Of a stretch of DNA of 64,000 bases, positions 27,501 through 39,429 are shown piece after piece. A program made the translations under genes and the position numbers. How positions within the stretch are numbered: the first letter of the stretch is position 1; each line of letters starts with the position of its first letter. Under the pieces are notes generated by a model that did not search any database, had not been told where the DNA came from, and worked only from the letters and a program-made list of their open reading frames with translations. The stretch covers positions 1,736,001 through 1,800,000 of the forward strand of contig JAYWIR010000021.1 of assembly GCA_036172245.1 (NCBI GenBank). Reading direction: 5' to 3'. This stretch comes from Raillietiella orientalis. Lineage: Eukaryota.

Positions 27501-28607
27501 TGGAGTAGAAGGAATAGAAATGTCCATCGGAGGGTGGCAACAAGCCGATTACCCTGCTTGGTGAGAAAAGGGGTCGAGAAGCTCTCATCACAAATCTCTT
27601 GTAAACGCAATGAGTTACGGAAAGCTTTCGGAACAGAATCTGCTCAGATAGGGAGAGGCTGGAAAGTTTCCTCAGCTGGAAAACAATCGACTCCCATGTC
27701 CCGTGGACACAGTGATCTGTCTAAATCTAAGGAAATTGACCTTTTCCGTTTTGTGCCCGACGATTTTCATCGGTTGTTTCTATTAGACGTGCAGTGAACA
27801 CTTTCATTCATCACGAAGGATTGCTGGAAGAGAACTTTCGCTGACTGATCGCTGTTTAGCACAGGGATTCCATAGATCTTCGAAGTCTCAATGGCAGGCT
27901 GTATGATTCAGATCTAGAATACAGTTGCGCCGCATATACATTTCGGCATACATTTGCGTTAATCATTGTCCCTTCCGTGATATGTAAACTTTGCGTATCT
28001 TCACAAATTGAATTTTCTAATGTCTGGTAATTTTCAATTTTTCCTTTGGAGTTCCTATCCTTCTGAATGGGAGAACACCGTGAGAGCAGGTGAATTAGGA
28101 CAAGTGCTGAAAGCAAAACGAAAGTGCGCACCTCACATGCTCGCCACACCGTTCCCATCGCAACGCCCGGGGATGAGCCACAATCTTTTAAGCAGTGCAA
28201 AATGCCGGTGATTCGTCGAACTTGGAAGATCGTGGACAACTTTCGTTATGATAAATTCGAGGACCGTTTCGGTCCGACTTCTGAAGCAAGTGCCAAGCCT
28301 CCAGTCCGCCGGGACTGAATGAATTGATGATTCACCTAAACTCGATTTGGAAACCGGACCATTCTGCATGCCGGAGCATCCCTCTCGGCTTTGAGATATT
28401 CGTCACTTTCGGAAGAAGTCTGCTGTGCATCTTTTCGTGTGCGGATGGCATCTCGACCGAGTCCACCTCCTTGGATGGGGCACGAAGTTTGGACCACCAC
28501 CAGGAACGGCTCCTCCTTTCCTTACAAAGCAAATCGCTCAGCCGGTGAGCGGACTACAGGAGTCATCTCATGAATCCGTGAGCTCTGGCGAAGCCAAAGG
28601 GCAATGC

Positions 28608-28690
28608 AGCAGCACGCGGATCCAACTGGGTCTGAACGACCTGCTCACACCTTGACCTTGGCTCGGACCCAGTTGGATCCGTGTGCTGCT
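28608..28690 (+). ncRNA. Long hairpin, pre-miRNA/hpRNA-like candidate
   Basis: 28-bp stem AGCAGCACGCGGATCCAACTGGGTCTGA / TCGGACCCAGTTGGATCCGTGTGCTGCT with a 27-nt loop; both deviations are G-U pairs on the + strand. Confidence 0.35.
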
Positions 28691-29879
28691 TACTGCACTG
28701 CTCTCTGGCTGCCAGACTGGTGGCGGAGTTTTGATCAAACAGTTTCCGCTATTGTCTCTTACATTGGCATTGCATCTGCGCAGCCAGCATGGAAGAATGC
28801 TCAATCTTTGCTGAACTCCCTGATTAAGATGGAGTCAACGCGCAGATGTTATAAGCGCTCCGTTGTACACTTTCTCTCTTTGATTTGAATCGTACAGATC
28901 GTTGCCAAATTTTTTTTTTTTTTTTTTTTTTTTTCCTTAATGCCAGCTGGAGCAACTTTTGCAAATAATTTTCATGCTGGATTCGACCTTTCATTTGACC
29001 AAGGGGGCACTCGGTGCCTGTGATCAACGTGCGTGTGATTCGAGGAAGTGTAAGGGTTGCCAGGACACGAAACGATTTGTCCCAGCGACGGACCGTGGAA
29101 TTTGAAGGGCGGCTCCAGGACTCCGGGCTACTGAAACTATAATATTAGGGACCAGGGGTTTGTCTGGATAGGTTTCTCCTGTCCGCCTTTTGGCCAGAAT
29201 CGAAGTTCGAGAAGTTACAACGCATAAGAACCTTTCGATTCGTCGAATTCCTGTTCGGAAGTTTTTGGATTTGTGCTCGGTGCCCGAGCAAACATAGAAA
29301 TGAAGTGTTTTTTTTTTTTTCCTCCTCCTCACTTTGGTCACCCAGCTGAGTGAACTTTCAAGCGCTTGAAATTTCCGTCAAACAGGAATCACCAGGAATC
29401 CAGAAATGAATGCAAAAAAAAAAATAAAATAAAAATTGATGATTGCTTCGTGACTTGCGTAGACGAATAAGTGCGATTGTCAGTATTTTTTCTCGGATAT
29501 CAAAGTGCTGACTGCAGATGCCTGTTAGTATTGAGTCTTCAATAAACGGATTTTTTGTTGAAAGTTTTATTGTGTAGGTTTGCCGAATTTACCGATTATG
29601 CAAACAACTTCATTGCGAACTTTCCGTTCATCGTAGGAACAATCCATTTTGGTATATGCTGATAATTGCGTACATGCACGTTTCCTCATGAAACCCAATC
29701 TGTATGTGTTTGCCTGTTGCTGATTGGAATGGATCTGTGGTAAAGCCCGCCAGTGGCTGGATGACCCAACTGTATCATCCACCCATGGGACACGTATGAG
29801 TGATGAGATGCAAAAGTATGAGTCAGATCACCCGCACGTGAACTTGCAAATCTGAGTTTGAAATCACACTTTTATTCAG

Positions 29880-32021
29880 CAACTGAGATTCCTTGCAATT
29901 ACTTCGGACGTGTTTTCGATTTTTTTTACACGAATGATTATCTATCTTGTAACTGCAGTATGGGAACGTCTTATTGCCAATTGAGTGAGTTTCCCCACAT
30001 CTCTGGTTTCAGTAATGGAATAATCTCGATTGCGATTTTTAGGAAATGATTTCTGCCTCCATGGGAATAAAAAAATTGGGTTGGGAGAAGAGATAACCGC
30101 AAACACAGGGAAGTGCACGTGCACGAGAGAAGGTTTTTCCTGCGAAATGAAGGAGGAATCCCGAGCGTCCAACGTCAGCGACAAGAATTCCTCCGGATCT
30201 CGCTTCCTCGATTCGAACCCGAAGGCTGACAGCACCCCCGTCCCCCAAGCAACGGACGGGATCCTCTCACATTCAAAAGCAAACCACCACGCTGCTCCCT
30301 ACCAGGATTCGTCTCCCACCGCCCCGAATCCATCAACGCCTGATCTCAGTCAACATGATTCGGAAACGGAAGGTCATGAAGATGCTGGTGCAACCGCACC
30401 GCACCATGACTACCTTAATGAGGAAGGCAGCTACCACGGCGGCTCGGGGGGAGCTCTGGTGCACACCGTGGACCCTGACTACGGTGGTATTTATCGCGAT
30501 GGTGCTGTATCCGAGGGGATCCAAGATCACACACTCCACTCGAGCTCGCCGTTTCACAGGTACGGAGTTTCTTGCACTTACGGCACTCACCTTATCGACT
30601 CGGTCCCTCACCCTCTGTTCGGGAAAAAACCAGGCCAGAAGAGCTCCAAGGATTTTCCGACTCGATGTACGCTGAAGAGTTTTTTCTTCCTTATTATGAA
30701 AGTACTTGGGAAGGCAACAGTTTTCTGCCCATGAGTGCCGATCACACAAGGCATTCGGATTTCATGCCTGCGGCCCAGATTCCTTCCAATCCTCATTTCA
30801 TGCCCTTGGTCAGGCATGATGTTCCCACGAATGCAGACCTACAGTTTCCGACTGAGCATCTGACACCTAAAGGCTCTTTAGATATAGGTCTGCATCTTAC
30901 CCAGAACCGCAGTGATGCACCTGGGAATTGGGGAAGTGGTGCCGGCGCACCTCAACCACAGTACTCTGTTCCCGAGTACTATGAATGGTATACATACACG
31001 TGCCTAAAGGATGAACAAGACCTCGGAGGTTGCGGAGGGCACTACGAACAGAATGGACTCCACGACGCTGCTCTCCCCCATTTCATCCTCCTTCCTGAAG
31101 CTCACCGCGGTCCTTCCCACAGAGGAGAGGGTCTATTCATTTACACCGCGGATGCAGTTTTGCATCCTGGTGCCCTCGTCCACTCATCGCAGTATTTCAG
31201 CTACTCTTTCTCTCCTCCGTCCGTCCCGTTCGTGGCTCCAAAAGACGAGACCAAGGAAAGTTTGAAATTCCCGTCCACGTACCCAGCCGGACATCCCTAC
31301 GGACAGCATGAAGTACCCAACGTGGAAGATTTTGTTGCTCCCGCCGCCTTTTATTTCACGTGAGAAAAAAAAAAAAACACCTTTTCAACTTTTTCTTCCT
31401 CACGATCTGTGCTGCTGCTTTTTGAACGATGGAGATCTCTTAGAGTAGCATCAATTGATTTGCGCGCTGCACGGATTTCAATCGCCTTGAATCACTCACA
31501 GTATCCAAAACATTGCAGTGGTTTCGAGGACTTGGGCTTCAAGCAAAAAGTCTGCGGGAGGGGCTGGTTGCCGTTCGCTCACCTTTGCGTCTGGATATCT
31601 CCCAGGAGGCACACGTGGATCGATGCCTTTTGGCTCTGCCAGGAGCAGAACGGGAATCTGCCGTTGTTTTCCGGTCACGACGAATCGGCATTTCTATCCG
31701 AGTTTCTTAAAGAGCACGGTAACCTGGTGTTTCCTGTGGTGATGTGGAGGGCTGTGTTAACGATAACGATGAATTCCAGGTATAAATTACTTCTGGTTGG
31801 CCGTAGCAAATCTGAGGAACGATTTTTACTATTCGTACGCTGACGGCCTGGAAAGCCCCATACTCGACTATTACAACTTGATCAAGCTCGAAAGCGTGCA
31901 CAGGAATTATAGATTCCCGACGAAGCACAGACGCTGCATATTCCAAAGCAGTTATGGTTCCAACCACTGGTTTTCTATACACTGTGACGTCAGACTTCGG
32001 ATGGTTTGTCTTCGGTACTGA
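29880..32021 (+). CDS. Putative extracellular protein: two short Cys-rich (VWC-like) modules, a long low-complexity His/Pro/Ser region and a C-terminal C-type lectin-like domain (5' exon not found)
   Basis: Exons 29880-29984, 30043-30559, 30634-31359, 31444-31718, 31780-32021 join in frame via GT-AG introns of 58, 74, 84 and 61 nt. CTLD pattern CGRGWLPFAHLC..TWIDAFWLCQEQNGNL..ESAFL..YFWLA..RCIF..WFSIHCDVRLRMVC. Confidence 0.72.
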
Positions 32022-33299
32022 AGCTGGGGTTGGACTCGGACTGAAGTTCCGGATGAAGTGAGGCAACACGGATCCGATTTTTCGTATCTTCCGAAAGGGA
32101 GTTTGCAGGAAAGGATGCTGTCTGAAATCCGCGTGTGAATTCCCTTGCTGCCTTGGGAGCTGCTCTCGAATTCCTCACGTTTTCGGTTGCTGGGCTTAAC
32201 CCTAAGTGAATTTGGTGGGGAACACGAACTACAAGCGGAAGTGAACGTGATCGAAGGTGATGACGGGATTAACTTCGGGGAAAAAGAACAGACCCATTTT
32301 CTGGATTCTTATTAAACAGTGTTTTTATAAAAGTTTCCATTTGGGTTTTCATTCCGATAAATTCGTACAGAAAGAGTTACCAACACTTCGACTTCTTCGT
32401 GCTAACAAAACAGAGTTTGTCAACTGCTGACTTCCTGAACTGGTGAGAATCCTACCTCAAGTCTTCAGCCACTGTCCATTACACGGAAAGCATGTCCGCT
32501 TCAGGGAATTATGTAATGAATGAGAAAAAGGGAAGAGTTTCTTCGTTTTCTTTTTTTTTTTTTTCCTTTCCCCGACCTCATGCAAACCGTTCATCCTAGA
32601 GGGGAATCAGAGTGAAATCTTCCCCCTTTCTTTCTCATTGGAGAACCTCCACGCGCAAAGCACAAGCAGGAGAAAGAAGAAAATGGAGAGAGCAGCTCAC
32701 CGAGTTGATGTTTCGCATCGCAACTTTCTTGCGCGCCCATCTCTTGGTCCGCTTCGGTTTGAAGGTTCCTCTCGCTGCTGGCTCGCTCCGAAAGCCTTTC
32801 GGAGCTTCCAGGACAAAGTCAGGCAGACCAGGTGAAAGAATAGTGAATGAAATAACGAAACCCGTTATGTGTTCATGGAATCAGCGACACTTCGGTGTCC
32901 ATAAGCATCTCTTTTGCCACATTCCAAAGGAATCCGAGTTGTTTCTCGTCAGAACTGAGATGGGAAGGTCCACTCAGCGGCGGAGATTCCGCTTTTTACG
33001 TGCATTCAGCAGTGAAGTACGAAGACCTCGGAACCCCTGTGAGCTGCCTGCCCAGTGGACTCCGACCTCACAATATATCTCCTCGCTGAGGAGCCTCCAT
33101 ACACATCCATTTCATCATAATCGTGAACGAAAATGCTAGAAGCTTCCTCCCTCTGAGAGGTCCACAGAACACGCGATCATGTGATTAAATATGTACTGCA
33201 CAGTTACGTTAAGTCTCATGCAGCAGAATCAAGTTCCCTCCTACTTCCAGAGATGAGAAGAAACAATTGAGAGGCAATCTCGATTCTATTGATCCTGGT

Positions 33300-33990
33300 C
33301 AACAGGCCAACAAGCTATGAGGCCGGAAAACACGTGCCCAAAAAGAATCGCAAAACAACAGTGCCAAGAGATCAACGACTCGCAAAGCCCTCCCATTAGT
33401 TTGCATTCGATGCCAAAGAGCTCAGGAGTCTTTCTCCTGAACCAAGAGAATCACTAAATGACGGGATTTTTAAAACAAGTGGTGCTAAACCGGAAGCATC
33501 CACATTCAGAAATAGATCCTGGAATGGTGCATGATCCACAACGAAGGAAAAGATCCGCTTCCACGATCGCCTGACTGGAGTCTATTGCACGATGCATGCA
33601 TCTGATGCATTTCCACGAGTGCTGGAGGGCAACGCAGTCCACGAACAGGTGCGGGAGGGATTCTCGTCCTCCGCACCTGCTGCAGTTCGGGCGCGCTCTC
33701 CCCCCTTCCCCTACCCCGGATCCAGTGATTTGGGGACGGAAGTTGCTCGGGAGGTCCCAGTGCAACAGCAGAAGCGCACACCGCCCCACTTGGGAGGGAG
33801 GACGAGGCTGCTCCGCAGCACCGTAGGTCACTCGTAATCTTTCCGAGGAATTCCTAGGAGCTCGCCCTGCGGCAAGAGTCCTTCCGGTGGGGCACTCGGA
33901 GTCCATGAGCCAACCCGTGGTCCAGTCACCTAACGCTTTCTTCCTGGAGTTGACTGCGTGGCGGCCCGCGGACAAGATTCCAACGATTAT
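33300..33990 (-). mobile_element. 3' fragment of an L1/Tx1-like non-LTR retrotransposon (zf-RVT)
   Basis: LLLLHWDLPSNFR..PNCSRCGGRESLPHLFVDCVALQHSW (CCHC zf-RVT motif). Boundaries approximate. Confidence 0.75.
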
Positions 33991-34599
33991 TCTCATCAAG
34001 CATAATGATTAATTCCATAACTAATACGCTAACATTACTTCTTTATTAGGAAGATGCAAGACTTTTATTTACGAATTCATTATCAGATTGGAGAACATGA
34101 TCATACACTTCCTTTTCTCTATGTAATATAGTTGACTCCATGGAATTTTCTGGCCTTCTTTTAAATTCCTTGTTGTCGCTTTTGAGGTGCACTATGTCTT
34201 CGTGAGAACCACTATAATCTTTTCATAATAGAATCGCTAAAATTACAGCAGCCAGTAAAAAAAACAATCTTTTTCTATACCTCATATAGTTCCAGCATCT
34301 TCTCTAGTCTCTTCATCCTTGTTGTTCCAGCATCAAGCAAAATTATTCCAAGGTAAATGAAGCCAAGTTAACACTAATTTAGGAATTGAGGATGCACAAT
34401 ATAAATATGTTGAATTAATTGTGAGGTTAATTCTCCGTGAGTGGCGTCAAGCGCTGCAGGTTCGAATCCCCACGTGGAGGATCAACTCCAGAGAAATGGA
34501 GGGTGCGTCGTAGTTTTCAACTTCCACCAGCAAGATGGCGCTGGTTGGCTCCTGTTGCCTTCGGGTGCGGCATTGGTTCGCTCCCGGTCAAGCCGGGGC

Positions 34600-35338
34600 G
34601 TTTATTTATAAAATAAGCATACATGTCGGTGGAAGGACGTTTGATCCTTCCACGTTACTTACAGCTACGAGAAGGAACCTTCAGGGATCTGGCACGCAGG
34701 CCAGAGGAGTTCGCCTCGGCAACCCGAGGGGGAGGGGAGACAAACAAAAAAAAAGCAAACAACAAAAAACATACAGTCAAAAAAATGAGAAGTGGGGTTC
34801 GAGAAGTGGAGAGAGCTGGAAGGCGTCCTCTGCATCCTTGGAAGGATGCCGGCAAGTTCCTGCTTCAAGACTCCCAGATGGGGCCATGTTGACGCTGTCA
34901 GAAGGAAGAGGGCAGCAAAGTAGGTGGCGTCCTGGTCTCCTCTGGCATTGCTGCATGCAGCCACGGTCCCGCCGCCTAGGCACCAAAGTGCTGCTGGGGA
35001 TGCGGCCGGAGTGAGGGCGTCGCGCAGGAAGAGGAGGCTCTTTAAATCGTTTCCGGCGTTGCCACCGGGAGTTGCAAGGGTCGCGGCAAAGTGTCCCCAA
35101 AGGGGTTGGAGGGCAACACAGTTTACTAGGAGGTGCGGAAGGGATTCCCGCTCCTCGCACCTTGCACAGTTTGGATCCACACACACTCGTGTCCACAGAT
35201 GCCGGCGGACGTTGCACGGGAGGTCCCAGTGCAGCAGCATCTATGCCGACTCCTGCCACTTTAAGGATAGGATGCGGGTGTTCATGAGCACCGGGGGCCA
35301 CTGCAGGTCTTACCCCAGAATAGCCAGTAGCACTCCCC
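34600..35338 (-). mobile_element. 5'-truncated L1/Tx1-like copy (zf-RVT + T-rich 3' UTR)
   Basis: LLHWDLPCNVRRH..PNCARCEERESLPHLLVNCVALQPLW; 35033-35311 is the exact reverse complement of the window end. Confidence 0.8.
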
Positions 35339-35339
35339 T

Positions 35340-35620
35340 CAGGGATATTCGGAAGTGTCCCTTCGGAGTTCTCTTCGAAGGAGGAAAGAAGGAGCGAGTC
35401 CTCTCCGGGGTCCCTCCGGAGAAGAAATTCCAGGGGCGGATCTTTCCGGGTTCCCTTCGGAGATCACTAGTGAGAGCAACGGACTCCCTCCTCCGGGACC
35501 TCTCTGGATGCGTAGGGTGGTCCCGTCAGGGCTATCTTGACGAGTTACACGCGCCCTTGGGCGGCGTGAACAATGCGAAAGGGATTTGAACCGAAAAAAA
35601 GAGAAAAAGGCTAAAAAGAA
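35340..35620 (+). mobile_element. Inverted fragment of the same family (endonuclease-RT linker)
   Basis: Homologous in reverse orientation to 36100-36445 (e.g. CCGGAGAAGAAATTCCAGG(G/A)GCGGATC) and to 59180-59400. Confidence 0.65.
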
Positions 35621-35949
35621 AATGGCGAAAGCAGAAGGCCCAGGAGGACTTCCACCGTGAGGAGGTCAGCAAAACGCTTGCTCCTGTAACCAAGATGTCT
35701 TCTCTTTACTTAGTTTTGAGTAAAGTCACAACGAAACAACAGGGTTACATGAGTGCCCAGTGTCCGAACGTGGGAAGTGCTGCCCTCTCCTTCTGAACTC
35801 TCGGAACTAAGGAGACCAGCGGAGTCTGGATGGTGCGCCTTCCTCGTTTTCCCATTTTTGCCTTCTCGGGACAGCGCAAGTCAGCGTGGGAGAAACCACC
35901 GATCCAGGTGTGTCGCCACAGGCTATCCACTGACTTAGGATGCTAAAAA

Positions 35950-37900
35950 TCCTTTTGAATTCTCCTGTTTTCCTGGCTTCCCTTCCAGTCTTTTTTTTTC
36001 TTTTCCGGGTTTTCTTTTTTTGGGTCCACCAGGTGCTGAAGATACGTTCGCCTCCATAGGAAGGGGGCGAACGGTTCTTCAGCTCTTGAATGCTCTTCAC
36101 GTCACCCAGGGGTGCGCGTTACTCTTCAGGTTAACCCCTAAATCCGGAGGGACCATCTTATGAATCCAGGAAGGCTCTGAAGAAACGGGTGCGTTCCTCT
36201 TACCCATGGGAGAGAATTCCGAATGAAACCCTCCACCTCAGTTGTCTCCGAAGGGAACCTGTCTTCCTTATTGTTTCCGGGGGGACTCCCCGGAGAGAGG
36301 ATCACGAAACACTCATCATTTGCTCCCCCGAAAGGACCCCGGAAAGGATCCGCTCCTGGAATTTCTTCTCCGGAGAAAACCCGAGAAGGAACCTCTTCCT
36401 GTTTCCTCCTTTTCTGAAGAGGACCCTGAAGGGCATTTTCTGAAGGAAGCAGCGCGCTTCTTGGCACTTTGGAGAGACCAACCCCAGAAGGGGTATCAGC
36501 CAGCTCCATGGTACACGATGAGGGTCCTAACTCCCCGAGGCAATGCCCAAATCTTCTCTATTCACTTCGCGTTATGGTTTAGGATGGAGGTGGACCTCCA
36601 CTGGGCGACGGAGTGGAGGTCGCTGCCCTCGGGCATCAGCTGCATCCTTTGCGGATGGGAGGAAACGGGCAGGCGCTCTTCTTGTACGCGGAATATCAGC
36701 TGTGGAAGGGACGCGGGTCGGCTGGCAGGTAGCGCTGATAGTGCTCAATGGGCACGCTGTCAGGCCCCCACCGCGTTCCTCGCTATGCCCCACGAACTGT
36801 CTCCTGATCTCTTCACTGGTAAATCTCCCTGCAATCGATCTTCTTGGACGCCGAGGAGCTTTCAAGAGCGGTGGAGCATTAGCTTCTGTGACCGGCCATC
36901 CAGAGGGTGCGCACGGAACGGCTCGGTGAAGAAATAGAGGAAGACCTCTGCCACTTTCCCCGAGGTCCGGCCGGCAGCCTCGGTCTACGCACTCCATGTA
37001 AAAGACGTCCATCTGCAGGTTTTGCCTTCTTTCCAAGATGCTGATGTCTTTCTTCGAACTCTCGGCCGGGAGCCTCCTCCGGTACTGCTGCTTCCAGCGC
37101 GCAGAGTGGATGGAATGATGCTGGTGGATCTCCAGGTGTGCTTCCTTCTCCCAGTCGCCAAACTGCATGCTGGACACAACCTTGAGAGGATTCCAGTCGC
37201 CAACGCAATGGTGAGGAAGGTCTTCACGATGTATTGGTGAGGTGGGTGGCACTCGTGCCACACGGTGGTCACCAAGATGAGTGCCGTCCTGGGATCCTTG
37301 TGCCCGTTAATGTGATCTCTTGCTTGCATCTGGAACTTCAACAGGGACTGTTCCGAGAGGTGGAAGTGGAGCTCCCGTGGCTTCTGAATGCGGTTTGTGA
37401 TGGTTCCGCGAGCGCAAGACGTAATTGCTGGTCATCGCCCCCAGCCCCAGGAGGAAGACCTCGACTTCGCTTTAGTCAGGAGAGGTCCAGATCTTCCTTC
37501 CCCAGTAGATGTCTTCCTTCCCTAGGAAGCAAATGCAGGTGCAAATGGCCAACATCCTACGGCAGATCTTGGCCGCCTGCACCTCTTCGGTTGAGATCGA
37601 CGTTGAAATCGCCCACCAGCAAGGAGGAGGACGTCCTCCTTGCTCTTCGGAGTCTCCAGGGCCCAGTACGAAAGCTTCATTGTTCGTGCGTGGCGCGCAC
37701 ATTCTCACCACGAAGAGGTAAACGCTTCGAGACCACGCCGTCCGGAGGCCCAGAACACGGCCTCCCCATTTATGGAAGACCTCCAGGATGGCAGGCGAGA
37801 GGGTGATCTTTACCAAGAGGACGACTCCCTTGCAGTATGTTTCTCCCCGGTTGACGCAGGTCTCCTCCTGGAAGTTGCGGATCAGCTCATGTTCGACACT
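35950..37900 (-). mobile_element. Decayed L1/Tx1-like element: ORF1 end, APE endonuclease, linker
   Basis: Frameshifted zinc-knuckle remnant (KICRR..GHL..C, ~37530-37575), GDWN (~37190), and a pre-RT segment KSIQELKNRSP; many stops and frameshifts. Confidence 0.55.
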
Positions 37901-37949
37901 GGGGGGTATCTGACTTCCATTCGGACACACTGGGGCTTTTCTTAGAATT

Positions 37950-39150
37950 TGAATAAATTTACAAATTGTGGTAGGGCACATGGTCCTACTACGCTCAATC
38001 TGCCTATGAACCTGCTGAGTTGCCGATCCGCAGACCGGTGAGCTTAAACTCGGCAGCAGAAGGAAGGGAGAAAAGGAGAAAAAAAACAGTTCATGAAATA
38101 AAGGCAAAAAAACTGGAGGGCCAGAAAGTGACCAATGCCCCCTGTGGTGCGTCCTCTGCATCCTCTCCAGGATGCCGGCTAGGTCGGCTCTGATTGAACT
38201 CGGATGGGGTCATCTTATCTGCAGAAAGTCAAGTGCATGCTCGATGGCGTCCCTCTCGTACGATGCTCCTTCAGCGTCGCGCCAGGTCGTCACAATCCCT
38301 CGGATGCAGCAAAGAGCTGCTAGTGCTGCGGCTGGGCGGTAGGGCATCCCTCGTGAAGAGCAGTTTTACAATGTCCCGAGAGTTGTCAGCTGGGGTCCGT
38401 AGGATCGTCTCAAAGCGTTCCCACAGAAGCCGGAGAGCAATACAGTCCACAAGCAGGTGCGGGAGGGACACTCGTTTCCCGCACCTGCGACAGTCCAGGA
38501 TTGCCCTCCCCAACGTCCAATGGTGTCGGCGCGCGTTGCAGGGTAGATTCCAGTGCAACAGCAGGAGTGCCAACCCCCTGCCACTTCAGGAGGAGAACAC
38601 TGCAGTTCTTGAACACCGCCTTCAATAAGACTACCGAGCCGCTCGCTCCACACTGCAGTTTTCGTGGAAGGGCACTCGGGGTCGTAGCATCCACCAGCTA
38701 CTTAATGGTCCATCCACTCATCAGCTTCCTCCTGCCTGCAATTTCGCAGGGGACTACCACTGCGCCCGTTTTCAGCTGCCATTCGCCTCCCTCAGGGAGG
38801 CGCGCTGCGGCAAAAGGGGTGAGCTCCGCCAAGTGGATGGGCAGCAGCCCATCCATTCGTCTGATATGGGGGACATCTGATGGGTTTCCTGGAGGCAGCT
38901 GATAGCTTCCTGCAGCAGCAGGAGCCACGACAGCCACCTCCTCTTCAGCGGGTCTGCGCATCTGTAGGTGCTCCAGGGTGCGACTCCGATTTTTTTCCGC
39001 TGACGACGGTGACTGCTTGCAATTTAGTTGTCTTTCGGATGGATCGTGGCCTGAGTCCACCCTCCTTGAAGCACTTCGGGGTGGCGCGCGCCATGCGGGT
39101 GGTCCGCCGGTTCACCGGGCGTGCAGCAGCTGAGGGTCGCGCGCCTTCCT
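37950..39150 (-). mobile_element. 3' fragment of an L1/Tx1-like element (zf-RVT + 3' UTR)
   Basis: LLLLHWNLPCNARRH..LDCRRCGKRVSLPHLLVDCIALRLLW; downstream sequence resembles 34830-34900 and 56780-56960. Confidence 0.75.
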
Positions 39151-39429
39151 GACGCGAGGGCTCGTCTTCCGGCGAGCAGCAGCCTGTCGTGCTGCTTCCG
39201 CGCGCGAAGTAAACGGCCGCCACAGTTTCGTACGCAGGGAGTTCCCCATTCTTAGATTCCGAACCTATAATAAATTTAATTGGAAGCGTTGGTTGAAAAA
39301 AGATTGCCACGAACCTTGCAGGTTTTTCACCCGCTTTTGCCGAGGCATTTATTATAAAACAACAAACATACATTTTTGTGGTAGGACACGTGATTCGACC
39401 ACGTACCGAAAAAAAAAAAACCGTTGAAC

